A stretch of 54,634 nt of DNA from an uncultured Victivallales bacterium (lineage in GTDB: Bacteria > Verrucomicrobiota > Kiritimatiellia > UBA8416 > JAIOPI01), in NCBI GenBank assembly GCA_964635825.1, contig CAZWQJ010000008.1, forward strand, positions 1-54,634. The letters are read 5' to 3'. Below the pieces are notes generated by a model. That model searched no databases. It saw only the letters and a program-made list of their open reading frames with translations, and had not been told where the DNA came from. The position numbers and the translations under genes were made by a program. Below, piece after piece: positions 1-8,618 of the stretch (position 1 is its first letter; the number at the start of each line of letters is the position of its first letter).

Positions 1-1205
1 ACCTGATGGGTTCCACCCACCCCGGCCGCGCGCGCGCCCATCCCGAGCAAGCCGAAACCGCCCTTCGCGTTTAGTCGGGCATGTTGATGGGCCGGGTCGA
101 AGCCAGTCCCATCGTCCTTGATCGCCAACTGCACGCAGTTGTTCCGCTGCGTGAGGGTCACGGTCACGTGACGGGCGCGGGCGTGCTTCTCCACGTTCTG
201 TAGGGCTTCCTGAAGAATGCGGTAGAGCGTCCATTCGGTGTCCGCGGGCAACGTCGCGGTCAACTCCAGGCAGGTCAGCTTGACGATCAAGCCGGTCCGC
301 TTCGCGAACTCCGTGCTGGTGTCGCGCAGGGCCGCGACCAGACCCAACTGGTCAAGGACACTGGGACGTAGATTGTGCGAGATGCGCTCCACTTCTTTGA
401 CCGCCTCTCCGGCCATCGCACAGAGTTTCATGGCTTCGCACTTCGCGGTCCGCTCGTGCGGCGCCAATTTGTTCACCAGCGCCTGACTGTGGACGATGAG
501 GGCGCAGAGCATCTGGGTGATGCCGTCGTGCAACTCGAGCGCCACCCGCCCGCGCTCGGCTTCCTGCGCCTGCAAGACGCGCTGCGTGATGGTCCGCAGC
601 AGCTCCTCGTTGCGCCGGGCCTGCGTCATGTCCGTCACCACCATGCCGATGATCACCTCCTGGGAACCTTCGTGGGCCAGTTTCCGAACGGAAAGCAGCG
701 CGGGTAACAGTGAGCCGTCACTGGCGTGGAGCAGCACCTGGGTTTTGGATCCGGTTTTGGCGGACCGTTTCGTGAGCGGTCGCAACCGCGCTTGATCCGC
801 GGCGGAGAGGAAGCGGCGGAAGGAACTGCCCGTCACCTGTTCCAGCGGGCACCTAACCATATTGGCGAAGCACTGGTTGGCGTAGAGAATCGACTTGTCC
901 ACCGTCAACGTCAGCGCGCCCTCGTTCATGGATTCGATAAGCATGCGGTAAGGGCGATTGGCGTCTTTCAACGTGAACACCTGGGAGTCATTTTTGCCTC
1001 CGTCCATCACCGTATCCACCTCGCCGCAGCGGATGGCGCGGAGCGCTTCCTCGGCGTCGCCCAGGCGGGTGCGGAGTTGGGCGAGTTCAACAGAAGGCGC
1101 GCAGCGGGAGGAGTTCTTGCGGCCGGGCGCGGCGACACCGCCGCGCGCCGCAGCAGATGCGACCACCCGAGCCGCGGCGGCGTTGTTTTGAGCCTGCCTT
1201 TTCAC
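1..1205 (-). CDS. PAS-domain sensor histidine kinase (HisKA_3/NarX-DesK type), C-terminally truncated by window edge
   Basis: Not in the ORF track because it runs off the window. My reverse-strand translation starts at GTG 1205-1203, which overlaps the kaiB stop as GTGA. It shows a coiled-coil-like N-terminus (ELAQLRTRLGDAEEALRAIR), a PAS-like block (YRMLIESMNEGALTLTVDKSILYANQCF), the H-box ELHDGITQML, an N-box LQEALQNVEKHA and IKDDGTGFD. Confidence 0.8.
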   Translation of the reverse strand, partial: MKRQAQNNAAAARVVASAAARGGVAAPGRKNSSRCAPSVELAQLRTRLGDAEEALRAIRCGEVDTVMDGGKNDSQVFTLKDANRPYRMLIESMNEGALTLTVDKSILYANQCFANMVRCPLEQVTGSSFRRFLSAADQARLRPLTKRSAKTGSKTQVLLHASDGSLLPALLSVRKLAHEGSQEVIIGMVVTDMTQARRNEELLRTITQRVLQAQEAERGRVALELHDGITQMLCALIVHSQALVNKLAPHERTAKCEAMKLCAMAGEAVKEVERISHNLRPSVLDQLGLVAALRDTSTEFAKRTGLIVKLTCLELTATLPADTEWTLYRILQEALQNVEKHARARHVTVTLTQRNNCVQLAIKDDGTGFDPAHQHARLNAKGGFGLLGMGARAAGVGGTHQ

Positions 1206-1561
1206 GGCGCACTTCTACCTTTGGTGATCAAGTCCAGCTCGACGAGCAGTCCGCTGATATTCTCCAAGCTGCCGATGAACCGGCGCAGCGGCGGCGGAAA
1301 TGCCACGACGAGCGTCGGCGTCGCGACGATCTGGTTCTGACGCGCCAGTTTGGGCTGCTGGTAGATATCGATCACTTCCAGCTTGCAGTTGTTTTTCAGT
1401 TCCGTTTCGCACAATTGCCGGACGCGCTGGATGGCCTGGTGCGAGCGGGTCGTGGCCCCTGCCACGAACAGGCGCAGGACGTATCGGTTCGTGGACCGGG
1501 TGGTCCGCGTCTTCGCCGCCGCCTGGGTCGGTCGCTTGGGCTTGTGTGTTTTCACCGGCAT
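1202..1561 (-). CDS. kaiB: KaiB-family protein, distal copy
   Basis: 119 aa. The KaiB core is LRLFVAG..SHQAIQRVRQLCE...LEVIDIYQQPKLARQNQIVATPTLV...RRFIGSLEN. It has a 28-aa Lys/Arg/Thr-rich N-terminal tail. The start lies 9 nt after the upstream kaiB stop. Confidence 0.9.
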   Translation of the reverse strand: MPVKTHKPKRPTQAAAKTRTTRSTNRYVLRLFVAGATTRSHQAIQRVRQLCETELKNNCKLEVIDIYQQPKLARQNQIVATPTLVVAFPPPLRRFIGSLENISGLLVELDLITKGRSAP

Positions 1562-1570
1562 ACGTATCGG

Positions 1571-1903
1571 CTATTGGGCCACCCGCAAATCCAAACCCAC
1601 AATCAGATGTTCGGTGTCAGAAAGGCTGCCAATGACGACTCGCACAGGCTTCGGCAATTTGCGCACCACCGTGGGAATCGCCAGAATTTGATCGCCTTTG
1701 GCCAAATGGGGCTGCTTCTGCAAATCAATCACCTTGATGCGATAGCGGCCTTTGAGATGGGTTTCACAGATCTGCTTCAGGTTCGCGAAGGCAGCCAGTG
1801 ATTGGGGCGTCTGGCTCACCACATAAAGGCGCAGTTGCCAGGGCTTGTTCGGCCGGCGCGGGGCGGCGCGGGCGCACCGCTTCAGCGTTTTGGGTTTCAT
1901 CAA
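1571..1903 (-). CDS. kaiB: KaiB-family protein, proximal copy
   Basis: 110 aa. The KaiB core is [24 protein letters not shown]...[25 protein letters not shown]...[11 protein letters not shown]. Its ATG overlaps the kaiC stop (ATGA). Confidence 0.9.
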   Translation of the reverse strand: MMKPKTLKRCARAAPRRPNKPWQLRLYVVSQTPQSLAAFANLKQICETHLKGRYRIKVIDLQKQPHLAKGDQILAIPTVVRKLPKPVRVVIGSLSDTEHLIVGLDLRVAQ

Positions 1904-3660
1904 TATCCCTTTCCATTTCTGCTGGCGGGAACCTGCGGGGGGGCCACCACCTTGGAATCGGCCTGGCGCAAAATGCCAGAGGCGGCGCGTTCGCTGTTCA
2001 GCATGAGCGTGCTGGTCCCTACCTCCTCGGCAATGCGTCGCAGTTCCTCGGCTTCGGCGTCGTACTCGGAGCGCAGCCCGCTGATCTGCCGTTCGATCGC
2101 CAAACGCTTGCGCTCCACCTCACGCTTGAGCCGGGCCGCTTCCTGCTGCCCCGTCAGCACCGCGGCTTTTTCGAGAGCCTCCTGCGCGGCGCGGGCCGAG
2201 CCTGTCAACACGCCGCTGGCCCCGATGTAGGCGTCCACGACATCAACGCCATGGTCCGATATCAGGAACTCGCGGACCTGGTTTGAATGTTTCATGCCGC
2301 GCGCCTTGAGCACGTAGAGGACGCGATTGCGTTCGCCGTTGCCTTCGAAGTCCTGGAGCAGAATCCAGGCATCCATGAGCGAGGACATGGCGCTTTCGCT
2401 TTGTTGCAACGCGTGGCCGCCCTGCGTCAGACTGGTGAAGAGCGAGGTGACCTGGCTGGCCTTCAGATAATCAATCAGCCGGGTCACCATCCCCTTGCCC
2501 TCGAAGTCAGTGCCGGAATCCATCAGGCTCGTAATCGGGTCGATGATGACAACGCTGGGTTGAAACGTGGTGATCTCCTTGAACATGGTGGCCAAGTGCA
2601 TTTCCAGTCCATAGAGCGAGGGCCGTGCCGAGTGGAACCGCAGCAGGCCCCGCTTGACCAGCGGCTCCAAACGCAACCCGATGGAGTGCATGTTGCGCAT
2701 GATCTGGTTGGGCGATTCCTCGAACGAAAAGAAGAGCACGCGCTCCCCGCGCCGGGCGGCGGCATAGGCAAAGTTGGCGGCGACGATGGTCTTGCCGGTG
2801 CCAGGCGTGCCGGTGAGCAGGATGCTGCTGCCGCGAAAAAACCCCCTGCCACCCAGCATCGCGTCGAGCCGGGGAATGCCGGTGGCGATGCGCTCGCTCG
2901 ACACCGTGTGATTCAACCCCAGCGACGTGATGGGCAGCACGCTGAGCCCCTCGTCGCCGATGAGAAACGGAAACTCGTTCGTGCCGTGCTGCGCGCCGCG
3001 ATACTTCACCACGCGCAGATTTCGCGTGGCAATCTGATCGTTGACGCGATGGTCGAGCACGATGACGCAGTCGGACACGTATTCTTCCAGCCCGTGGCGC
3101 GTGAGCTGTTCGCGCCCGCGCTCGGCGGTGATGACGGCGGTCACGCCCTTCTCCTTGAGCCAGCGGAAGAGCCGGCGCAATTCGCTGCGCAGAATGGCTT
3201 CGTTCGGCAGACTGGCGAACAACACTTCCAGCGTGTCCAGCACCACGCGCTTGGCGCCGATGGAATCAATCGCGTGACCGAGGCGGACAAATAATCCTTC
3301 CAGATCGTATTCGCCACTCTCATGCACTTCGCTGCGCTCGACGTGGACGTAATCCACCACGATTTTCTTGCGCCGGACCAGTCCCGCCAAATCAAATCCG
3401 AGCGACGCGACATTGGCCGTCAGCTCCTTTTCCGTCTCCTCAAACGCCATCAACACGCCCGGCTCGTCGAACTGCGCTGCGCCGCGCACAAGAAATTCCA
3501 CCGCCATGAGCGTCTTGCCGCAACCCGCTCCGCCGCAGACGAGTGTCGGTCGCCCACGCGGCAGGCCGCCAGCGGTGATTTCGTCGAGGCCCTGGATGCC
3601 GGTGGGGCACTTGGGCAAACGCGTCGCTGGAGCTCTGGGTTTGGGACGTTTAGTTTTCAT
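1900..3660 (-). CDS. kaiC: KaiC circadian-clock-type double RecA/DnaB ATPase with extended C-terminus
   Basis: 586 aa. N-terminal motif [17 protein letters not shown]. Walker A motifs GGAGCGKT (CI) and GTPGTGKT (CII). Catalytic EE pairs AFEETEKE and SFEESPNQ. A Ser-Ser (AMSSLMD) sits at the position of cyanobacterial S431/T432. Confidence 0.95.
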   Translation of the reverse strand: MKTKRPKPRAPATRLPKCPTGIQGLDEITAGGLPRGRPTLVCGGAGCGKTLMAVEFLVRGAAQFDEPGVLMAFEETEKELTANVASLGFDLAGLVRRKKIVVDYVHVERSEVHESGEYDLEGLFVRLGHAIDSIGAKRVVLDTLEVLFASLPNEAILRSELRRLFRWLKEKGVTAVITAERGREQLTRHGLEEYVSDCVIVLDHRVNDQIATRNLRVVKYRGAQHGTNEFPFLIGDEGLSVLPITSLGLNHTVSSERIATGIPRLDAMLGGRGFFRGSSILLTGTPGTGKTIVAANFAYAAARRGERVLFFSFEESPNQIMRNMHSIGLRLEPLVKRGLLRFHSARPSLYGLEMHLATMFKEITTFQPSVVIIDPITSLMDSGTDFEGKGMVTRLIDYLKASQVTSLFTSLTQGGHALQQSESAMSSLMDAWILLQDFEGNGERNRVLYVLKARGMKHSNQVREFLISDHGVDVVDAYIGASGVLTGSARAAQEALEKAAVLTGQQEAARLKREVERKRLAIERQISGLRSEYDAEAEELRRIAEEVGTSTLMLNSERAASGILRQADSKVVAPPQVPASRNGKGY

Positions 3661-4035
3661 CCAAAGGCCTTCTTTCTTAAACCCGGGCGGGGCAATTCAA
3701 TATGCGGCTGAAGCAATTTTCGAGGCGCGACGCCTGTCCGTGGGCACCGAGCCGTCCAACCGTGTAGAATAGTTGCGGTCGACCGGGGCCGTCTATGGGG
3801 GGAATACCCCATAGCAATGTCTCGCGAGAAACCCAACGTCACCGAGTGCTTGCCACACAGATCCGTTTTGTAGATTTGATTCTCGCGCGGTGAGGCCGAT
3901 ACCCTCACCGTGACGATTGCGCGTATTTTGATGGACTTCCCCCGCAGGGATCCCCTACTATCAACGCTTCCCGCAAATCGGACGGCGTCACCCACGGATG
4001 GGGCGTGCGGTCCGCGGATCAGGAAGGATACGACC

Positions 4036-4908
4036 GTGAGCAAACTCGTGCTGGGGCTTCCTAAGGGCAGCCTGCAAGATGCCACTTTCGACATGATGGG
4101 CAAGGCCGGCTTTGTCGTGCGGGCCGGGTCGCGCTCCTATGTGCCCTCCATCGATGACCCCGAACTCGATGGCCGCCTGATCCGTGCCCAGGAAATCAGC
4201 CGCTACGTCGAATTGGGCATGCTCGATGCCGGCATGACCGGGTACGACTGGATCGTGGAAAATGGCTCCGATGTCGTCGAAGTGGCCGAATTGATCTATG
4301 CCAAGCAGGGTTTGCGGCCGGTGCGCTGGGTCGTGGCGGTCCCGGAAGCCTCGACCATCCAATCCGCCAAGGATCTCGAAGGCAAGCGCATCGCCACTGA
4401 GGCCGTGGGCCTGACGCAGCGCTACCTCGCCAAGCACGGCGTGAAGGCCGAAGTGGAGTTTTCCTGGGGCGCCACCGAAGTGAAGGCGCCGGAACTGGTG
4501 GATGCCATCGTCGAACTCACCGAGACGGGCTCCTCCCTGCGGGCCAATAAGCTGCGCATCGTCGACACCGTCCTGGAATCCACCACCCGCCTGATCGCGA
4601 ACAAGACGGCCTGGAAAGACGAATGGAAGCGGCGCAAGATCGAACAACTGGCCCTGTTGCTGCAAGGTGCCCTGGCCGCCGTCAGCCGCGTCCTCCTCAA
4701 GATGAACGCCAAGGCCGCCGATGTGGCCGTGCTGACCAAGATCCTGCCCTCCCTCCATGCCCCCACCGTCAGCAAGCTCGACACCGAGGGCTGGATTGCC
4801 ATTGAGACCGTCGTACAGGAATCGATTGTACGCGAGATCATTCCCCAATTGAAACGGGCAGGTGCGGAAGGTATCATTGAATTGCCGTTGAACAAGGTGA
4901 TCCTGTAA
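4036..4908 (+). CDS. hisG: ATP phosphoribosyltransferase, long form
   Basis: [19 protein letters not shown]...[23 protein letters not shown]...[14 protein letters not shown], plus a C-terminal regulatory domain. I chose GTG 4036, preceded by AGGAAGGA, over the ORF-track start 3910, whose extra 42 aa are Arg/Pro-rich. Confidence 0.85.
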   Translation: MSKLVLGLPKGSLQDATFDMMGKAGFVVRAGSRSYVPSIDDPELDGRLIRAQEISRYVELGMLDAGMTGYDWIVENGSDVVEVAELIYAKQGLRPVRWVVAVPEASTIQSAKDLEGKRIATEAVGLTQRYLAKHGVKAEVEFSWGATEVKAPELVDAIVELTETGSSLRANKLRIVDTVLESTTRLIANKTAWKDEWKRRKIEQLALLLQGALAAVSRVLLKMNAKAADVAVLTKILPSLHAPTVSKLDTEGWIAIETVVQESIVREIIPQLKRAGAEGIIELPLNKVIL

Positions 4909-4962
4909 GCGGACGTGAGGAACGTCCCCGAGTGGGCACCGATCTAGAACCGGAGGGCCGCG

Positions 4963-5049
4963 GTGGGATCCATCAAGAAGAAGCGCCGCAAGAAGATGTC
5001 GAAGCACAAGCTCCGCAAGCGGATGCGGGCGAATCGACATAAGAAGTAG
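4963..5049 (+). CDS. 28-aa highly basic peptide resembling ribosomal protein bS22 (AURKAIP1/COX24-domain family)
   Basis: Hand translation: GTG-GSIKKKRRKKMSKHKLRKRMRANRHKK-TAG. GGAGG lies 6 nt upstream. It resembles mycobacterial bS22 (MGSVIKKRRKRMAKKKHRKLL...). It is too short for the ORF track. Confidence 0.55.
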   Translation: MGSIKKKRRKKMSKHKLRKRMRANRHKK

Positions 5050-5065
5050 CAGGGGGTAAATCGGC

Positions 5066-6568
5066 ATGCATGCGCGTATACCGCCCCGGGGTTTGCGGGT
5101 CGCGGTGGGTTGCGTATTGCTTGTCCTGATGGGCGCCGGATGCGCGTCGACAACGACGCCGTCCGGCGTGCCTGTTTATCGCATGTCCGCGGCGGAGCAA
5201 GCGCAGGCGCAAGCCATCGCTCACTACGTCGAGGGGCTCTTGCAGGAAGACGCCGGCGGCGTACGCGCCGAGGCTGCGCTTACCCATTTTCTGCAGGCGG
5301 CGGAGCTCGACCCCGGCCATCACCGCCTCTATGCGAAGGCCGCCACCGGGCTGCTGCTGAACAATCGCGTCGAAGAAGCGCTGGCCCTGCTCCAGCTCTC
5401 CTGCGCAACCATTCCCGACTCCGTGCTCGCCTGGGTCGACCTGGCCACGGCCTACCAGTTCGTCGGCCGGTTCGATGAGGCCATCGCCGCTTTCCGTACC
5501 GCCCTGCAACTGGACCCCCGCCGCAGCGCGCTCTATGTGGCCATCTCCGCGGTCCAGTTCCAGCAGAAGCGCGATCAGGAGGCGCTGGCCACATTGGCGG
5601 AGGGGATCCCATTGGCCGACGAGCCCCAGGGGCTGCGCGGATTCGCCTACCGCCGCGGGCTCCAGTTCATCGAGGAACGCGAAAGCCAGCGCTCGCTCCC
5701 CTGCTTCGAGTTTGTGGTGCAATACGCCGACGACCACCACGCCCAGATCTACTACCTGATGGGGCAGCTCTACGAAGGGCTCGGCCTTGTGAACGAGGCG
5801 CAGGAAAGCTACGCCCTCGCCGCTGAACAGGAACCGCCCGTCTCCCAGGCTTTCATTAAACTCGCCATCCTCCAGTTCGAGGGCGACCCCGAAAAGGCGT
5901 TGATGATTCTCGACCAGGCGCAGACGCGGCTGCCCAACGATTTCCTGATTCCGTTCGCGAAGGGGCAGATGCTCAGCAGCCAGGGCCGCTACCACGAGGC
6001 CATCCCCGCCTTCTCCAGCGTGGCCCGAATCCTCGCGCGCACCCCCGACACAGACCTCCCCTCCAGCTTCTATCTCCATTACGGCGCCGCCTACGAACGC
6101 TCCGGCGATATTCCCCGCGCCACCCAGGTCTTCGAGGAATGCCTGCGGCGCTACCCCAACGCTGACGACGTCCAGAACTACCTCGCCTACATGTGGGCCG
6201 AACAGAATACCCGCCTCGACGAGGCCCTCGACCTGGTCAAGCGCGCGCTGAAGGCCGAGCCGCAGAACGGCGCCTACCTCGACACGCTCGGCTGGGTCTA
6301 CTATCGCCTCGGGCGCTACGAAGAAGCCGCTGCCATCATCGAGCAGGCCCTGCGCCGCATGCCCGGCGATCCCACCGTCCACGAGCATCTCGGCGATGTC
6401 TGCATCGCCCTCGGCAACCGCGAACTCGCCTTGCGCCACTGGACCGATAGCTACATCCAGGACCTCGCCAACCAACGCATCGCCGAAAAATTGCGCGCCC
6501 ACGGAATCGACACGGACGCGCTCGCCCGGGATGCGGCCGGCAAGGCGGTCGGCCCGGTGCGGCCATGA
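5066..6568 (+). CDS. TPR-repeat lipoprotein
   Basis: 500 aa. The signal peptide carries the lipobox LMGAGC. Multiple 34-aa TPR-like units are present (e.g. AWVDLATAYQFVGRFDEAIAAFRTALQLDP, GAYLDTLGWVYYRLGRYEEAAAIIEQAL). Confidence 0.8.
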   Translation: MHARIPPRGLRVAVGCVLLVLMGAGCASTTTPSGVPVYRMSAAEQAQAQAIAHYVEGLLQEDAGGVRAEAALTHFLQAAELDPGHHRLYAKAATGLLLNNRVEEALALLQLSCATIPDSVLAWVDLATAYQFVGRFDEAIAAFRTALQLDPRRSALYVAISAVQFQQKRDQEALATLAEGIPLADEPQGLRGFAYRRGLQFIEERESQRSLPCFEFVVQYADDHHAQIYYLMGQLYEGLGLVNEAQESYALAAEQEPPVSQAFIKLAILQFEGDPEKALMILDQAQTRLPNDFLIPFAKGQMLSSQGRYHEAIPAFSSVARILARTPDTDLPSSFYLHYGAAYERSGDIPRATQVFEECLRRYPNADDVQNYLAYMWAEQNTRLDEALDLVKRALKAEPQNGAYLDTLGWVYYRLGRYEEAAAIIEQALRRMPGDPTVHEHLGDVCIALGNRELALRHWTDSYIQDLANQRIAEKLRAHGIDTDALARDAAGKAVGPVRP

Positions 6569-7668
6569 CCGCTGCCCTGCCCCCCACCCGCGCCATCCAC
6601 CAGATCGTCGCCGGCTACACCCACGGCGATGCCATCAGCAACGAAACGCGCGTGCTGCGCGACCTCTTCCACTCCTGGGGCTACGCCTCGGAAATCTTCA
6701 GCGAAAGCCGGCGAATCCTGCCGGAGTTGCGGCGCACGACGCGCGATGTGCAGGAATATGCGGCGGAGGCGCGTCCCGACGACGTCGTCCTGCTGCACCT
6801 CTCCATCGGCTCCATCGTGAACGAGGTCTTCCCCTCCCTGCCTGGCCGCAAGGCCATCCTCTATCACAACGTCACGCCGGCCCACTACTTCGCCATGGTC
6901 AATCGCCAGATCGCCAACGAACTGGAGCGCGGCCGCCGCCAACTCGTGCAACTCGCCGGCGCAGCCACCGTGAACCTGGCCGACAGTGCCTACAACGCCG
7001 CCGAGCTGGCCGCCGCCGGCTATGCCGCGCCCGCCGTCTTCCCCCTCGCACTGCGCCTCAACGACCTCACCACCGAGCTGGATCCACGCGTGCGCCGCCA
7101 GTTCGACGACGGCCGCCCCAATATCCTCTTCGTCGGCCGTTGCGTGCCCAACAAGCGCCTCGAGGATTTGCTGCGGGTCTTCGCCGTCATTCGCGCGGCG
7201 GTGGCGCCGGACGCGCGCCTGATCCATGTCGGCTCCCACGCCGGCAGCGAACCCTATCACTACCTCCTCCGCAGCATAACCCGCGACCTGCGGCTCGACG
7301 ACGCCGTCCTCTTCGCCGGCGCGTTGCCGCAGCCTGCCCTCAATGCGCACTATGCCGGCGCCCGCCTCTTCCTCTCCATGAGCGAGCACGAAGGCTTCTG
7401 CATCCCCCTCATCGAAGCCATGGTCCACGACGTGCCCGTCCTGGCCTACGCCGCCGGGGCCGTACCGGAAACCATGGACGGCGCCGGCGTCCTTTTCCAC
7501 GAGAAGAATCCGGAACTCGTCGCCGAGATGGCCGGACGCCTGCTGCAGGACTCGCCGCTGCGCACCGCCGTCGTGGAGGGGCAGCGCCGGCGCCTCGCCC
7601 GCTACCGCGCCCGCGACCTCGGCGCCGAATTGCGCGCGCACCTCACGCCCTTGCTGGGGAACGCGTGA
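6565..7668 (+). CDS. Glycosyltransferase family 4 (GT-B, glycos_transf_1)
   Basis: 367 aa. EGFCIPLIEAMVHDVPVLAYAAGAVPETM is the typical EX7E region. The ATG overlaps the upstream stop (ATGA). Confidence 0.8.
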   Translation: MTAALPPTRAIHQIVAGYTHGDAISNETRVLRDLFHSWGYASEIFSESRRILPELRRTTRDVQEYAAEARPDDVVLLHLSIGSIVNEVFPSLPGRKAILYHNVTPAHYFAMVNRQIANELERGRRQLVQLAGAATVNLADSAYNAAELAAAGYAAPAVFPLALRLNDLTTELDPRVRRQFDDGRPNILFVGRCVPNKRLEDLLRVFAVIRAAVAPDARLIHVGSHAGSEPYHYLLRSITRDLRLDDAVLFAGALPQPALNAHYAGARLFLSMSEHEGFCIPLIEAMVHDVPVLAYAAGAVPETMDGAGVLFHEKNPELVAEMAGRLLQDSPLRTAVVEGQRRRLARYRARDLGAELRAHLTPLLGNA

Positions 7669-8618
7669 CCACCCTCGGCCAACTCGGCGAGCGAGCCCTC
7701 ATCGAACGCCTCCGCCGACGCTTGAAGGACGGCACCCATGTCGCCTGCGGCATCGGCGATGATGCCGCCGTCGTCCAGATCCCCGGCGCCGCCGACGATC
7801 TCGTCCTCACCTCCGACGCCGTCCTCGAGCGCCGTCACTTCCAAGCCGGCGACGCCCCCGAGTCGATTGGTCACAAAGCGATCGGCCGGGCCCTCAGCGA
7901 TCTCGCAGCCATGGGCGCCTCCCCGCGCTGGGCACTCCTCGACCTCGTCGCGCACCCGGACATGGATGTCGTTCAACTCGAGCGCCTGTACGACGGCCTC
8001 GCCCGTCTCGCGGATCGCCACGGCCTCGCCATCATCGGCGGCGATACCACCTCCGGAGAACGCCTGGATCTGCATGTCTTTGCCATCGGCGCCGTCCCCA
8101 GCGGAAAAGCGCTCCTGCGCTCCGGCGCCCGCCCGGGCGATGTGCTGTGCGTCACCGGCGCTTTGGGCGGCAGCATCCTGGGCCACCACCTGGCCTTCGA
8201 GCCGCGCGTGCGCGAGGGCCAATGGCTCCGCGATTGGGCCACCGCCATGATCGATCTCAGCGATGGCCTCGCCACCGATGCCCACCATCTGGCACTCGCC
8301 AGCAATGTCGAAGTGGAGTTGGACGCCGCCCGCATCCCTCTGTCGCCAGACGCCACGCGCATGCCAAGTCCGCTCTCCGCACTGGAGCACGCCCTCACCG
8401 ATGGCGAGGACTTCGAGTTGTTGTTCAGCGTGCCCGCCGCGCGCGTCGACGCGTGCATGGCCGCCTGGCACGCCATCTGGCAGACGCCGTGCCGCCCCAT
8501 CGGCCGCATCGCCGCCAACGCGCCCCGCCTCACGCTCATTGCGCCGGACGGCGGGCGCACCGCGCTGCACTCCACCGGCTTCGAGCACTTCAGGGAACGG
8601 CCATCACCGCATTCGTGA
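7665..8618 (+). CDS. thiL: Thiamine-monophosphate kinase
   Basis: GERALIERL...GIGDDAAVV...LTSDAVLERRHF...IGHKAIGRALSDLAAMGA...IIGGDTT...IDLSDGLATD. I placed the start at GTG 7665, overlapping the GT4 stop (GTGA). The upstream 423 codons of ORF 6396..8618 are an Arg/Pro-rich artefact. Confidence 0.85.
   Translation: MTTLGQLGERALIERLRRRLKDGTHVACGIGDDAAVVQIPGAADDLVLTSDAVLERRHFQAGDAPESIGHKAIGRALSDLAAMGASPRWALLDLVAHPDMDVVQLERLYDGLARLADRHGLAIIGGDTTSGERLDLHVFAIGAVPSGKALLRSGARPGDVLCVTGALGGSILGHHLAFEPRVREGQWLRDWATAMIDLSDGLATDAHHLALASNVEVELDAARIPLSPDATRMPSPLSALEHALTDGEDFELLFSVPAARVDACMAAWHAIWQTPCRPIGRIAANAPRLTLIAPDGGRTALHSTGFEHFRERPSPHS

Noticed and set aside
3888-3910. Hairpin CGGTGAGG-ccgatac-CCTCACCG upstream of hisG, considered as a his attenuator or leader.
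   Set aside because: There is no His-rich leader peptide ORF. The T-rich run is 14 nt away from the stem. It also overlaps the alternative GTG 3910 start. The evidence is insufficient.
3657-4103. 148-aa minus-strand ORF upstream of kaiC, considered as a possible kaiA or small regulator.
   Set aside because: It shows no resemblance to KaiA (no pseudo-receiver or four-helix-bundle motifs). It overlaps the hisG start on the other strand and has an Arg/Ser/Pro-rich composition.
6396-7664. The N-terminal 423 codons of the 740-aa ORF in the thiL frame.
   Set aside because: This part is Arg/Pro-rich and overlaps the well-supported TPR and GT4 genes in another frame. ThiL homology begins only at GTG 7665, which is coupled to the GT4 stop.
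8590-8618. 29-bp convergent overlap of the thiL and cyclophilin 3' ends.
   Set aside because: Short 3' overlaps of convergent genes are common in compact high-GC genomes. No additional structure is seen, and either stop could be affected by a minor end-call error.
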